Origin: Candidatus Aenigmatarchaeota archaeon
GTDB lineage: Archaea; Aenigmatarchaeota; Aenigmatarchaeia; CG10238-14; SpSt-28
Reading direction: 5' to 3'
Length of the DNA: 64,000 bases
NCBI GenBank assembly: GCA_032249395.1
Contig: JAVVFY010000001.1
Location: 77,476 to 141,475, forward strand
Part shown: positions 7,925 through 18,008 of the stretch, in pieces
How the letters are laid out: each line of letters begins with the position of its first letter
Numbering within the stretch: position 1 is the stretch's first letter
The notes under the pieces: generated by a model
What the model saw: the letters and a program-made list of their open reading frames with translations, nothing else
Told to the model about the DNA's origin: nothing
Database searches by the model: none
Position numbers and translations under genes: made by a program

Positions 7925-10284
7925 ATGAAGTTAGAGCCTAAGCTTGAGGAAATAAGGTGGAATATAGCAAAAGAAAAGGAAATACTTGAAGAATGGGCCA
8001 AGAGAAAAGTTTATAAGTTTGAATTAAATAATAAAAAAGTCTTTTCTATAGACACGCCACCTCCCTACCCGAGACCATTTTAAATGGCGGTAATGGGAGG
8101 CCGTGGCACGTAGGTGCAGCTTCTCACTACTCTCAAATAGATATGATTGCTAGAGCAGCTCGAATGTTAGGTTTTTCTGTTTATTTTCCAATTGGTATGG
8201 ATAGGAATGGAATACCGGTAGAAAGATACGCAGAAAAGAGATTTAATATAAACATAAATTCTACTCCACGAGAAGAATTCTTAAAGTATTGTAAGATGGC
8301 TCTAGATGAACTAGAAAAAGAAATGATTGAAATAATGAAAAGACTTGGATTAAGCGGAGATTTTGATAATTATTATAGAACCGATAGCGAAGAATACAGA
8401 GCTTTAACACAAGCAACTTTTATCGAACTTTGGAATAAGGGTTTAATTTATTTTGATACTCGACCAAACAACTATTGCCCAGTTTGTAAAACAACTATCG
8501 CTGATGCTGAAGTTGTTTATGAGGAATTGCCGACCAAATTGGTTTATATTAAGTTTAGAACGACAGATAATGAAGAATTCATAGTAACAACCACAAGACC
8601 AGAACTTTTATGTGCATGCCAAGCGATTTTAGTTAATCCCGAAGATTCTAGATACAAGCATTTGGTTGGTAAAAAAGCATTAATTCCACTATATAATAGA
8701 GAGGTACCAATTTTGGCACATCCTATAGTTAAAATTGATTTTGGAAGCGGAATAGAAATGGTTTGCAGTTACGGTGATTATAATGATGTTATGCTATTTA
8801 GAGAGTTAGGTTTGAAGGAAATTGTATCAATAGATGAAGACGGAAGAATGACGGAAGCTTCAGGGAAATATGCAGGTTTAAAAGTTGAAGAGGCTAGAGA
8901 AAAAATTATTGAAGATTTAACGAATGCAGGTCTCATTGTTAAGGTAGATGAAATAATACACAGAGTACCCACTTGCGAGAGAAGCCACAACCCCATAGAA
9001 ATAATTCCTATGCAAGAGATTTACTTAAAGCAAATAGAATTTAAAGATAAGATGATGGAAATTGGAAAAGAATTAGAATTTTTGCCAGAATTTCATAGAC
9101 AACTTTTATTGAATTGGATAAATTCTATAACAAGGGATTGGCCTATATCTAGGAGAAGATATTATGCAACGGAAATCCCTATTTGGTATTGTAAGAAATG
9201 TGGCAAGCCGCATATTCCAAAACCAGGAAAATATTACATCCCTTGGAAAGAGAAAGCACCATTCGAGAAATGCGATAATTGCGGTTCGGGAGAATTTTAC
9301 GGAGAAACAAGAACTTTCGATACCTGGTTCGATTCTAGTATAACACCCCTATTTATCTCTAAATTTGGTAAAGACGAGCAATTCTTCAATAGAGTTTTTC
9401 CTGTAACAGTGAGACCACAAGGAAAGGATATAGTTAGGACCTGGCTATATTATACTTTACTAAGATGTTATCAATTAACTAATAAAAGGGCATTCGAAAA
9501 AGCATGGGTTAGTGGCTATTGTGTAGATGAAAAAGGAGAGAAGATGAGCAAAAGTAAAGGAAATGTTATTGATCCTGTTCCTTTAATTGAAAAGTATGGG
9601 GCCGATGCATTTAGATTTTGGAGTGCAAGCGAATCAAGCTTAGGCTTCGACTTTAGAGCCAGCGAAAAAAGAGTAGAAAATGCATATAAATTTATAACAA
9701 AGCTATGGAATATAGCGAGATACGTTTCTCAATTCCCGATAATAGAAGAATTTGATGAAACAAAACTTTTGCCTAGCGATAAATGGATTTTAAGCGAGTT
9801 AAGAATAGCATATGAGAAATGTATAGATGGCTATAAGAAGTTCAATTTTTTCATTCCTTCTAATTGTATGAGAGAGTTTCTATGGAACTTATTTGCTTCT
9901 AATTATGTAGAAATGGTTAAAAAGAGGGCCTATGGTGAAGGTTTTAGCAAAGAAGAGCAAAAAGCCGCGTGGTATACTTTACATAAAGTCATGAAAATTT
10001 CTTTAAAGCTACTCGCACCAATAATACCTTTTATAACTGAGTATATTTGGCTTAAGTTGTATAGCAAAGATAGCCTTCATACTCAAAAATTCGACGATAA
10101 GATAGAGGTGGAAGACTTTTCGAAATATACTTCCATTTTATTGGAGTTTAACTCGTTAGTGTGGAGAAAGAAAAAGGAGTTAGGCATTAGCCTAAAGGAG
10201 AGAATAAAAATTGAAATTCCCGAAGAGCTAAAGATATTTGAGAATGAACTAAGAATTATGCATAATATTGATACTTCTACTTAG
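7925..10284 (+). CDS. valS: Valine--tRNA ligase; exon 1 7925-8073, intron 8074-8093, exon 2 8094-10284 (779 aa spliced)
   Basis: GGTGA SD before ATG 7925; spliced FSIDTPPPYPSGRPWHVG (HIGH region), GMDRNG, TTTRPE, WPISRRR, DTWFDS, KMSKS. Confidence 0.9.
8074..8093 (+). other. Putative 20-nt BHB/BHL-type mRNA intron in valS
   Basis: ACCATTTTAAATGGCGGTAA; contains in-frame TAA and shifts frame; removal restores the conserved motif; splice sites AG|A and AA|T flank a CCG/CGG helix. Confidence 0.85.
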
Positions 10285-10396
10285 TAATAACTTGTATCTA
10301 ATTTTTTAGACGATCTCATCACCACTAGTTTATATCCATTTTGTGTTATTAATAATCTTTAAATAGCACATTTTTAACTATAAAGAAGGTGATGGT

Positions 10397-10459
10397 ATGG
10401 CTAAGAAGAAGAAAGAAGAAGAAAAGAAGGAAGAAACACAAACTGCTACCACTCAATGA
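10397..10459 (+). CDS. Putative 20-aa charged micropeptide
   Basis: MAKKKKEEEKKEETQTATTQ; AGGTGAT SD; T-rich tract downstream. Confidence 0.45.
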   Translation: MAKKKKEEEKKEETQTATTQ

Positions 10460-10554
10460 ACCAAAATAAAAATCTAAACCAAAATACACCTTTTTACTTT
10501 CTTTTTTAGAGATAAAATAAAAAAAGAAAGAAAAAGAAAGCTTATTTTAATTTC

Positions 10555-10671
10555 TTAGAATCTCAACACTCCAAAATACCACAATGCTAATACTACTAAC
10601 ACTAATACTACAACGGCCGCTACTGCCATTCCTGTTCTTGTTTGTAGGAATTCAGTTAGTGTGTCCAACAT
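10555..10671 (-). CDS. 38-aa single-TM small protein
   Basis: MLDTLTEFLQTRTGMAVAAVVVLVLVVLALWYFGVLRF; AGGTG SD; U-rich tract downstream. Confidence 0.6.
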   Translation of the reverse strand: MLDTLTEFLQTRTGMAVAAVVVLVLVVLALWYFGVLRF

Positions 10672-10742
10672 ATACACACCTAAACATTTTTTGTAGGTTA
10701 AGTATAAAAAGATTACTAGAGATAATTTTTAAGCTAAAAGAA

Positions 10743-11711
10743 TTACTTCTCTCCCATTAGTTCTTTTTCCTTTTCTCTGATTTCACTTTCTATACCCAAT
10801 TTGCTTACTATTTCTTTGAATCTGTTTCTTATTGTTACCTCTGTTATCCCCAAAGTATCCGCTATTTCTCTTTGTGTTCTTCTTTCTCCAACAAGAACGC
10901 TAGCTATGTAAATAACTGCAGCAGCAATTCCAGTAGGTCCCTTACCACTACTTATTCCCGCTTTTTTGGCTTTTTTAAGAATCTCCAACGCTTTTGCTTG
11001 TACTTTGTCGCTTAATCCTAATGTAGTGCAGAACCTTGGAATAAAGCTTGCAGGATCAGCAGGCAAAATTCTAATTCCCAACTCCCTAGCTAAATATCTA
11101 TAAGTCCTACCAACTTCCCTTTTACTTACGTTACAAACCTCTAAAATTTCTTCTAATGTCCTAGGAGAATTCATTTCTCTTGTAACCGCGTACGTTAGAG
11201 CAGCGATAACAGCTTCTATGCTTCTCCCCCTTATCAACCCTCTGTTAACTGCCTCATTATAATACTTTGCTATTTTCTCATGAATTGCTCTGGATAAACC
11301 CAAAAATGAAACTACTCTTTGTAATTCTGATAGCGCATATGATAAATTTCTATCTTTACTTCTTATTAATCTCTTATGCCACTTTAACATTCTATAGTAT
11401 TGGGTTCTTTTAGTTGGTGATACTTTATAAAGTTCTAAAACCCCTTTCCCAATCTCTGTGGTCAAACCCAAATCGTGTTTACTGAATGTTAATGGTGCAC
11501 CACCTCTTGCTCTTCTTACCATTTGATCTGTATCAAAAGCTCTCCAATCTTGAGAGGTATCTATAAGACTCTCTTCAATGACATAACCACAATTTTGGCA
11601 AACAAGTTCCCCTCTAACCGGATCTTCAATAATATTATTACTACCACACTCTGGGCAAGGTAGCCCAGCTTTTGTTTTAACTTTTGGTGATTCTATTTTC
11701 TTTTTTACCAT
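10743..11711 (-). CDS. tfb: Transcription initiation factor IIB
   Basis: CPECG..CQNCG zinc ribbon, DWRAF, cyclin repeats, GKGP, TEVTIRNR. Confidence 0.95.
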   Translation of the reverse strand: MVKKKIESPKVKTKAGLPCPECGSNNIIEDPVRGELVCQNCGYVIEESLIDTSQDWRAFDTDQMVRRARGGAPLTFSKHDLGLTTEIGKGVLELYKVSPTKRTQYYRMLKWHKRLIRSKDRNLSYALSELQRVVSFLGLSRAIHEKIAKYYNEAVNRGLIRGRSIEAVIAALTYAVTREMNSPRTLEEILEVCNVSKREVGRTYRYLARELGIRILPADPASFIPRFCTTLGLSDKVQAKALEILKKAKKAGISSGKGPTGIAAAVIYIASVLVGERRTQREIADTLGITEVTIRNRFKEIVSKLGIESEIREKEKELMGEK

Positions 11712-11802
11712 ATTTATCACTTTTAAGTGGTTTTACACTACCTTTAAAAGTTTTGTATAGAAATCTATTTAAATATTTATACTGAAAGGATAAATTTACT
11801 TC

Positions 11803-12333
11803 ATGAAAGAATGGTTTTTATGCTTGATTGAGATAAAAGGGAATTTCTATATAAATGTTGGAATTAGGAATAAGAGAATTTTTGTTCAACCGATTTTTTA
11901 TCTTTTTATGAAAAAAGAAGACGCAAATGTTCTAAATGAACTTAAGAAAGAAGTTGGGGTGGGGGATATAGTAATAGGAAAAAATGCTTCATTTATTGTA
12001 AGGGGCTTCTCCAACGTTATTAAATTTATAGAAAGGATTAATGAAGAAAACTTTATTACGAGTAAAAGAAGGGATTTTCGTTTATGGTTGGAGGCTATTA
12101 ATTTGATAAAAGAGCAGAAACATATAACGAAGGAAGGTTTTCTAAGGATTTGCGAAATTAGAGATAAAATGAACTTAAAAAAGAAAAAAAAGAATTACAA
12201 AGATAAGAAGTTTTTTGAAAAATTAATCGAGAAAGAAAATATAAAATTCGAAAACGAAGAAAGAAGAAAAAAGATTAGCAGAAGTTTAAGAGTTACTTGT
12301 GCTTTAAAAAAGAAGACTGTTAACGTTACTTAA
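11803..12333 (+). CDS. Degenerate single-motif LAGLIDADG homing endonuclease-like protein
   Basis: LCLIEIKGNF (LAGLIDADG-like), GVG.I, TSKRRDFRLW, HITKEG...I...MN pattern of the LAGLIDADG_1 family. Confidence 0.6.
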   Translation: MKEWFLCLIEIKGNFYINVGIRNKRIFVQPIFYLFMKKEDANVLNELKKEVGVGDIVIGKNASFIVRGFSNVIKFIERINEENFITSKRRDFRLWLEAINLIKEQKHITKEGFLRICEIRDKMNLKKKKKNYKDKKFFEKLIEKENIKFENEERRKKISRSLRVTCALKKKTVNVT

Positions 12334-12369
12334 AACTTATTTTGTTTGCAATCTTAATTTTAAATAGAA

Positions 12370-12470
12370 GCCCGGGTGGCCGAGTGGCGAGGCAACCGGC
12401 TGCAGACTGGTATTTTGATTGAATGATAGGTAAATACCGGTTTACAGGGGTTCGAATCCCCTCCCGGGCT
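12370..12470 (+). tRNA. tRNA-Cys(GCA) with 30-nt intron (most likely 37/38, 12406-12435)
   Basis: GCCCGGG/CCCGGGC acceptor stem, U73, ACCGG-CT-GCA-G..A-CCGGT, TTCGAAT T-loop. Confidence 0.9.
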
Positions 12471-12653
12471 ACACTTTTAGCTGCAGTTTTAACCAGAATA
12501 AAAAACCATTTTTAACTGAGGTGGTTTTGGGTTACATAGACAAATCAAAAAGTGTGAGGGAATTTCTCAGAATGATTTAAAAGAAAGATAACATACTAAA
12601 TTGATTAAGACTAAGTAATTAATTATTGAGTAAGGAGTTCACTTTTCTCTATT

Positions 12654-13274
12654 ATGATAAAGAATTTAGTTTATATTTGTATATTTGTAAGTGTCATTTG
12701 GGTTATAGATATGGATGAATCAATTATAGATAACAAAAATGCAAAAGAAAATGACAAAGTACCGGAAGATAGAAAAGTAGAGCTACCAGGGTCAGAGGAT
12801 ATATGTTATTTGGCAGTGGAAAAAGCAACCCAACAAGCACTAACTATACTTAATAATAATGCTGTAAGGTATACCTTACTAGATCTAACGACATGGAGAG
12901 ACATATTAAAAAAATATGAGCCAGTAATACACTCTATTGGTGAGGATGTTAAAATAAAAGTATGTAGGAGTGGAATAACCCCAGAAGAAGCAAATAAAGA
13001 AACGCTTATAAGAATTGCCAAATATCTTAAAGAGGAAGTAGAGTATCTCCTAAGAAGATTAAAAGAAATAGAGAATAATATGATTAGTACGAGAAGATAT
13101 GATGAATTTCTTCGATTATTTAGAAGAAGAGAAATTATATTGAGAGGTTTTGCATCTGTTAGAGAAACAGCTAAAGAACTTTACAGTAGTGTCGGATTAC
13201 TTTATGAAGAAAATGAATCAAGAGAATATGTTGAAAGATACGAAAGAATGTACAAGGAAATAGAAATAAAATAA
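12654..13274 (+). CDS. Hypothetical helical protein (start probably ATG 12711)
   Basis: ORF only, no recognised motif. Confidence 0.55.
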   Translation: MIKNLVYICIFVSVIWVIDMDESIIDNKNAKENDKVPEDRKVELPGSEDICYLAVEKATQQALTILNNNAVRYTLLDLTTWRDILKKYEPVIHSIGEDVKIKVCRSGITPEEANKETLIRIAKYLKEEVEYLLRRLKEIENNMISTRRYDEFLRLFRRREIILRGFASVRETAKELYSSVGLLYEENESREYVERYERMYKEIEIK

Positions 13275-13474
13275 TAACTAAACTCTTTTAACACTTTATC
13301 TTTTCTTTATTTGTTTTTGATTTATTGTTGGTTTTTAATATAAAGAGAAGGAAGATTCATCTGTCGCTAGATAAAATGAAGCTTATTTTATTCCAATTGA
13401 TATCTTAAATTAGTTTTTGAGAACAAAATAGACCACCGGCTTAATTAACTCCAATTTGATGTTGGAATTTAACT

Positions 13475-14962
13475 CTATTTTAACCTTCTAAACTCTTCTA
13501 TAACTCTGTTGGTAAGAACAGAATATGTTGATAGACAATTTTTAATCATTTCTGCCCATCTATCATTATCGCCATAAATTTCTAAAGCCAATCTCGCCTT
13601 ATCTTTCAAATTTTTTAAGTTGTTGTCGACGATAAATCCGTTGTATCCATCTTTAACAAATTCAGAAACACTTCCTGCCGACGTGGTTATTGGAATTGTT
13701 CCATTCATCAACGCTTTCATAAAACTTGTTCCACTGGCCTCTCTTTCTGAATATGGGATGTTCAACCAAACATAACCTTTCAACAAGTTTTCTGCAGTTT
13801 CCAAATTATAGTTCAAAACATAAACTATTAGATATCCTGTTTTACTTAGTTTTTTAATTTCTTCTGTCATTCTTCTACCAGTTTCATCAATAGGAAAACC
13901 CGAAACTACCAAGTTTATTCCCAAATCCAAAAGAGAAAGAGTATATTCAGGTCTTTTGTATTCGGTCAATCTTTTTGCATAGATGTAACTTGGTTTTTTT
14001 GGATCGAAGTTTCCAAGGGCTTCTCTTCTTTCTATTTTATTCCCTATGTATTCTTCAAAAGCTTTAATTTGTTTTTCTTTCGTTTTTATAATTTTTTCAT
14101 TGCTTATCTCTTTAATTTTTTCTAAGCTTCTTACATCATGCTTCCAACCTGGTATTTCTTTGTCATAAAGTCTTTTCCATTCTTCTCCTATCCACTCTTT
14201 GCTTATCCCATTCGTTATATAATTTGTTTTAAAGGCAAATTCTGGATATATTTTTTCTTTTGTAATTTCGTAATGTTGCTTAGAAACGCAAATTATTCCT
14301 TTGGAAATTTCAGCTAGATATTTTCCTAAATTAATCATATCACCAACTCGAGCTATTTCTAGCTTTCTAATCTCATCTTCACTTAAAATGTCTAACAAAT
14401 CATTAATTCTATAAGATTTATGCCCCCAAATCTCTGGAGTATGGGAGTGAAAATATATATTAGAGAAGGGGAAGAAAAGAGCTAGAAATGCTGTGTCGCT
14501 TTCGTTAAGATGTAATATATTAGGTGTTAAATTATTTTTTGTCAAAAATTCTTTTGTAGCTAAAGCGAAACAATATCTAGTTTTTATTTCTTTTTTTGCA
14601 TTCCCTTCTCCATAAACCGGATGATTAAAGCACTCTGAGTTCAAAAAGTAGGCCTTTGTATTTTCTGTGCTGAGGTTATGCTCGTAGACTTTAACGTTTA
14701 TTTGTTCATCTTTTATCTGAATTTTAAATTCATCAACTAACTTCAAGTTCTCTTCAATTTTAAATTCTTCTACTTTGGTTACTATTTCGTTATATTCGTA
14801 TTTTTGTTTTTCAATTTTCGAGTAAAGAGGAGAAAGAAAAATTTTCTTATCATCATTAAACTCTCTCCATTCTAAAAAAAGGTCTCTTATTAGGCATCCT
14901 AACCCGCCTTTATGCGAACTATCAACTAAAGAATTTTCTAGGCTAGCTATTACTCTTATCAT
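13475..14962 (-). CDS. glgP: Compact alpha-glucan (glycogen/starch) phosphorylase
   Basis: GGLG, HLNESD, HTP..GH, ITNGI, AKRLTEYKRP, EASGTSFMK PLP-lysine motif. Confidence 0.8.
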   Translation of the reverse strand: MIRVIASLENSLVDSSHKGGLGCLIRDLFLEWREFNDDKKIFLSPLYSKIEKQKYEYNEIVTKVEEFKIEENLKLVDEFKIQIKDEQINVKVYEHNLSTENTKAYFLNSECFNHPVYGEGNAKKEIKTRYCFALATKEFLTKNNLTPNILHLNESDTAFLALFFPFSNIYFHSHTPEIWGHKSYRINDLLDILSEDEIRKLEIARVGDMINLGKYLAEISKGIICVSKQHYEITKEKIYPEFAFKTNYITNGISKEWIGEEWKRLYDKEIPGWKHDVRSLEKIKEISNEKIIKTKEKQIKAFEEYIGNKIERREALGNFDPKKPSYIYAKRLTEYKRPEYTLSLLDLGINLVVSGFPIDETGRRMTEEIKKLSKTGYLIVYVLNYNLETAENLLKGYVWLNIPYSEREASGTSFMKALMNGTIPITTSAGSVSEFVKDGYNGFIVDNNLKNLKDKARLALEIYGDNDRWAEMIKNCLSTYSVLTNRVIEEFRRLK

Positions 14963-15068
14963 AGATTTTATTTTCCAGAAATATTAAATTTTTAAATTGA
15001 AAAATGTTTTTTAGAAGATTTTTAGGAAATTTTAGACACAGTAGCAAAAGTAAGTATAAAATAAAAAA

Positions 15069-15983
15069 CTACTCAAGGAAAAAGCAATCATCAATGATGC
15101 TGTCCGAATCTTTATCAACGCCTCTAACAACTCTTGCGATACCATCTTTAAACTTATTCTCCTCTTCTAATTCCTTAGAATGCTTTATCAATGCTAAAGT
15201 TGCCGCTCTTGTTCCTTTGAATCTTCTTCCACAAAATAAAAAAACGTAGTTTTTGGGATTAAAAGGATTTTTCATTTTTATTATCAAACCGACGTCTTCG
15301 TCTCTATAAACAGTCTTAGTTAAAGTCGATACGATTTGCCAGTCGTTTTTTTCATCAAAGTATATTGGTAAGAATTTGTTAAGCTTATCGACAACCATGT
15401 TTGCTTTTGGCCCACCAACTAAAATTAAATTGTTTTTTAGATCTTCCTCGTCGATTTGGGTATCCAATTTGTAGTTTATTTCAACTTTTTTTAAGAAGCT
15501 ACCAAGATAGAGAGCCAAATCAATAGCCGCATAACCATCGCTAGAGGCAGCGCCAAACCTTCCATGTGGATCTGGCGAACTTACAACAATTATCGAGTTC
15601 ATTCTTCCATTTTTGATAAAAGGATGTAAGATTTCTGTTTCTTTTGGTCTTACAAAATGTTTTAATGGTTCGCCTTCAAATAGTTTAACCGCTAAATACG
15701 GATATTCAATTTTATAAATTTTTGTGAGCGCTCCAGCTCTTACTTCAGTTCTTTCAAGGGAGATCATTCCTGCTTTTTCTAATTTTCTTAAATGATAATA
15801 TATTTTCTGCTCATGTTCGTTCAAAATTCTAGCTAGATCCATCGCGCAAGCTGGTTGTTTCGCCAATTCTCTTACTATTTTAATAGCTAGTTCGCTTCCA
15901 AAAACATTTAATTTTTTTATTTCCATCTCTTTTGCTCTATATATTTTTTCTTCGTTTTTGCTCTCTTTTATAAAATATTCCAT
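15069..15983 (-). CDS. ArsR-like HTH regulator with C-terminal NLILVGGPxAN domain, divergent from glmS
   Basis: LARIL..HEQKIYYHLRKLEKAG wHTH. Confidence 0.75.
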   Translation of the reverse strand: MEYFIKESKNEEKIYRAKEMEIKKLNVFGSELAIKIVRELAKQPACAMDLARILNEHEQKIYYHLRKLEKAGMISLERTEVRAGALTKIYKIEYPYLAVKLFEGEPLKHFVRPKETEILHPFIKNGRMNSIIVVSSPDPHGRFGAASSDGYAAIDLALYLGSFLKKVEINYKLDTQIDEEDLKNNLILVGGPKANMVVDKLNKFLPIYFDEKNDWQIVSTLTKTVYRDEDVGLIIKMKNPFNPKNYVFLFCGRRFKGTRAATLALIKHSKELEEENKFKDGIARVVRGVDKDSDSIIDDCFFLE

Positions 15984-16248
15984 TGGTAAAATTGAATTTT
16001 TAACGTTATAAATATTTTTTTAATAGTTTTCATATAAAATTTTTAATTTAATGCGAATTTTTATTCGTCTTAAAAAAATCCATTTAGTAATGATTTTTAT
16101 AGTAGATATTCATTCATTTTTATGAATTGTTTAAGATGTAACTCGTTAAACGTAACTTCATTAACATCCACATTTCCATTCGTGTATATCTGTAAAGATT
16201 GTGGCCTTACGTTTAACAAAAATTCAAATCCTTGGATAGATGAGTAGC

Positions 16249-17997
16249 ATGTGTGGAATAATTGGCTATATTGGCAATAAAAATGCAAACGTGATTGTAT
16301 TAGATGGAATAAAGAGGCTCGAGTATAGAGGTTATGATAGTGTAGGAACTTGTTTTATAAGCAATGAAAGGCTTGTTATCAAAAAGGACGTTGGAAAGAT
16401 AGAAGAGGTTCATAAGAAATTAAACTTTCTTGAACCTAAAAGCAATATTGGGGTGGCACACACAAGATGGGCAACCCATGGTGGTGTAACTAGAGAAAAC
16501 GCTCATCCCCACTCAGATTGCAACGAAAAAATAGCAATAGTTCACAATGGAATAATAGAAAACTATCAAGAAATAAAAGAGTTCTTAGAGTCAAAAGGCC
16601 ATAAGTTCAAAAGTCAAACTGACAGCGAAGTTGCAGCTCATTTGATAGAAGAATTTAATAAAAAACTTGATTTTGAAAATGCTTGTAAAAAAGCTTTTTC
16701 AATGCTTCGTGGAAGTTTCGCAATTATAGCAATAAAAGAAGATGAGGAAAAAATTGTTGGAATAAGAAAAGATTCTCCTCTTGTTGTTGGAATAAACGAA
16801 GGTGAAAGTTTTGTAGCTAGTGATATTTATGCATTACTTCCTTTCACGAAAAATTTCATCTTCCTTCAAAATTACGATTTTGTAGTTTTAGAGAAGGGGA
16901 AAGTTAAGATAGAGAATTTGATTGATGGAAAAGTTGAGAGAAAAGTTGAGAGAATTGATATCAATGTTGAAGAAACGGATAAAAAAGATTTTCATCATTA
17001 CATGATTAAAGAAATTTTGGAACAAGCAGATGTTTTTGAAAGAGCATTCTATCAAGATGAGAAAAAGATTGAAAAATTTATCGAAGAGATAAAAAGAGCT
17101 AAAAAAATATTTCTCGTTGCTGCTGGAACTTCTTACCATGCTTCTCTAGCTGGGAGTTATTTATTTTCAAAAGCAGGTATTCTTGCGAAACCTGTTATTG
17201 CTTCAGAATTTAACAATTTTTTGAATGTTGTCGATGAAAACACTCTAATAATTGCTGTTTCTCAATCTGGAGAGACTGCAGACGTTCTTGATGCGATAAG
17301 AAAAGCAAAAGAAAGAAAAGCAAAGATATTTTCAATAGTTAATGTTTATGGCTCTAGCTTAACAAGAGAAAGCGACGAGTTTTTGCTAACGAATGCTGGT
17401 TTTGAAATAGGCGTTGCCGCTACAAAAACATATATTGCTGAGTTGACAATCTTTCTTTTACTCTATTCAAAATTGACAAATAAAAAAATAAACAAAGAAG
17501 AAATAAAGGCAAAAATTCTTGATTTGCTTTCAAGAAGTAGGAGAGAACATGTAGAAAAGGTTGCTGAATTGTTAAAAGATAAGCAACATATATTTTTGAT
17601 TGGAAGAGGTCTAGAATATGTAACGGCTTTGGAAGCTGCATTAAAAATAAAAGAAATTTCTTACATACATGCTGAAGCTTTTCCGGGAGGAGAAATAAAG
17701 CATGGAACAATCGCTCTTATAGAAAAAGATACCCCTTGCATTGTTTTTGTTGGTGAAGAAAAAGAGAAAATATTATCAAATGCTGAAGAGTTAAAGGCAA
17801 GAGGAGGTTTTATAATTGGCGTTTCAGAAGAAAAAGAGAAAATTTTCGACATTTGGATTAAAGTTCCGCAAGATGGAGAAGCCTCTCTAATATATCAAAT
17901 AATTCCGATGCAACTTTTAGCTTATAGGCTAGCTGTTTTAAGAGGATTCGATCCTGATAAACCGAGAAATCTTGCAAAATCTGTTACGGTTTTGTAG
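16249..17997 (+). CDS. glmS: Glutamine--fructose-6-phosphate aminotransferase
   Basis: MCGIIG, HTRWATHG, SQSGETAD, KPRNLAKSVTV. Confidence 0.97.
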   Translation: MCGIIGYIGNKNANVIVLDGIKRLEYRGYDSVGTCFISNERLVIKKDVGKIEEVHKKLNFLEPKSNIGVAHTRWATHGGVTRENAHPHSDCNEKIAIVHNGIIENYQEIKEFLESKGHKFKSQTDSEVAAHLIEEFNKKLDFENACKKAFSMLRGSFAIIAIKEDEEKIVGIRKDSPLVVGINEGESFVASDIYALLPFTKNFIFLQNYDFVVLEKGKVKIENLIDGKVERKVERIDINVEETDKKDFHHYMIKEILEQADVFERAFYQDEKKIEKFIEEIKRAKKIFLVAAGTSYHASLAGSYLFSKAGILAKPVIASEFNNFLNVVDENTLIIAVSQSGETADVLDAIRKAKERKAKIFSIVNVYGSSLTRESDEFLLTNAGFEIGVAATKTYIAELTIFLLLYSKLTNKKINKEEIKAKILDLLSRSRREHVEKVAELLKDKQHIFLIGRGLEYVTALEAALKIKEISYIHAEAFPGGEIKHGTIALIEKDTPCIVFVGEEKEKILSNAEELKARGGFIIGVSEEKEKIFDIWIKVPQDGEASLIYQIIPMQLLAYRLAVLRGFDPDKPRNLAKSVTVL

Positions 17998-18008
17998 GAA
18001 GTGGTTAA

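Noticed and set aside
8143..10284. ORF-track start of valS at 8143, or valS as a pseudogene
   Set aside because: It omits the HIGH-region N-terminus present at 7925-8073; a single 20-nt structured insert explains the break and no other lesion was seen
12489..12540. Imperfect hairpin followed by ACA downstream of tRNA-Cys as an H/ACA RNA
   Set aside because: No two-sided pocket or clear K-turn; AT-rich pairing may be chance or a terminator
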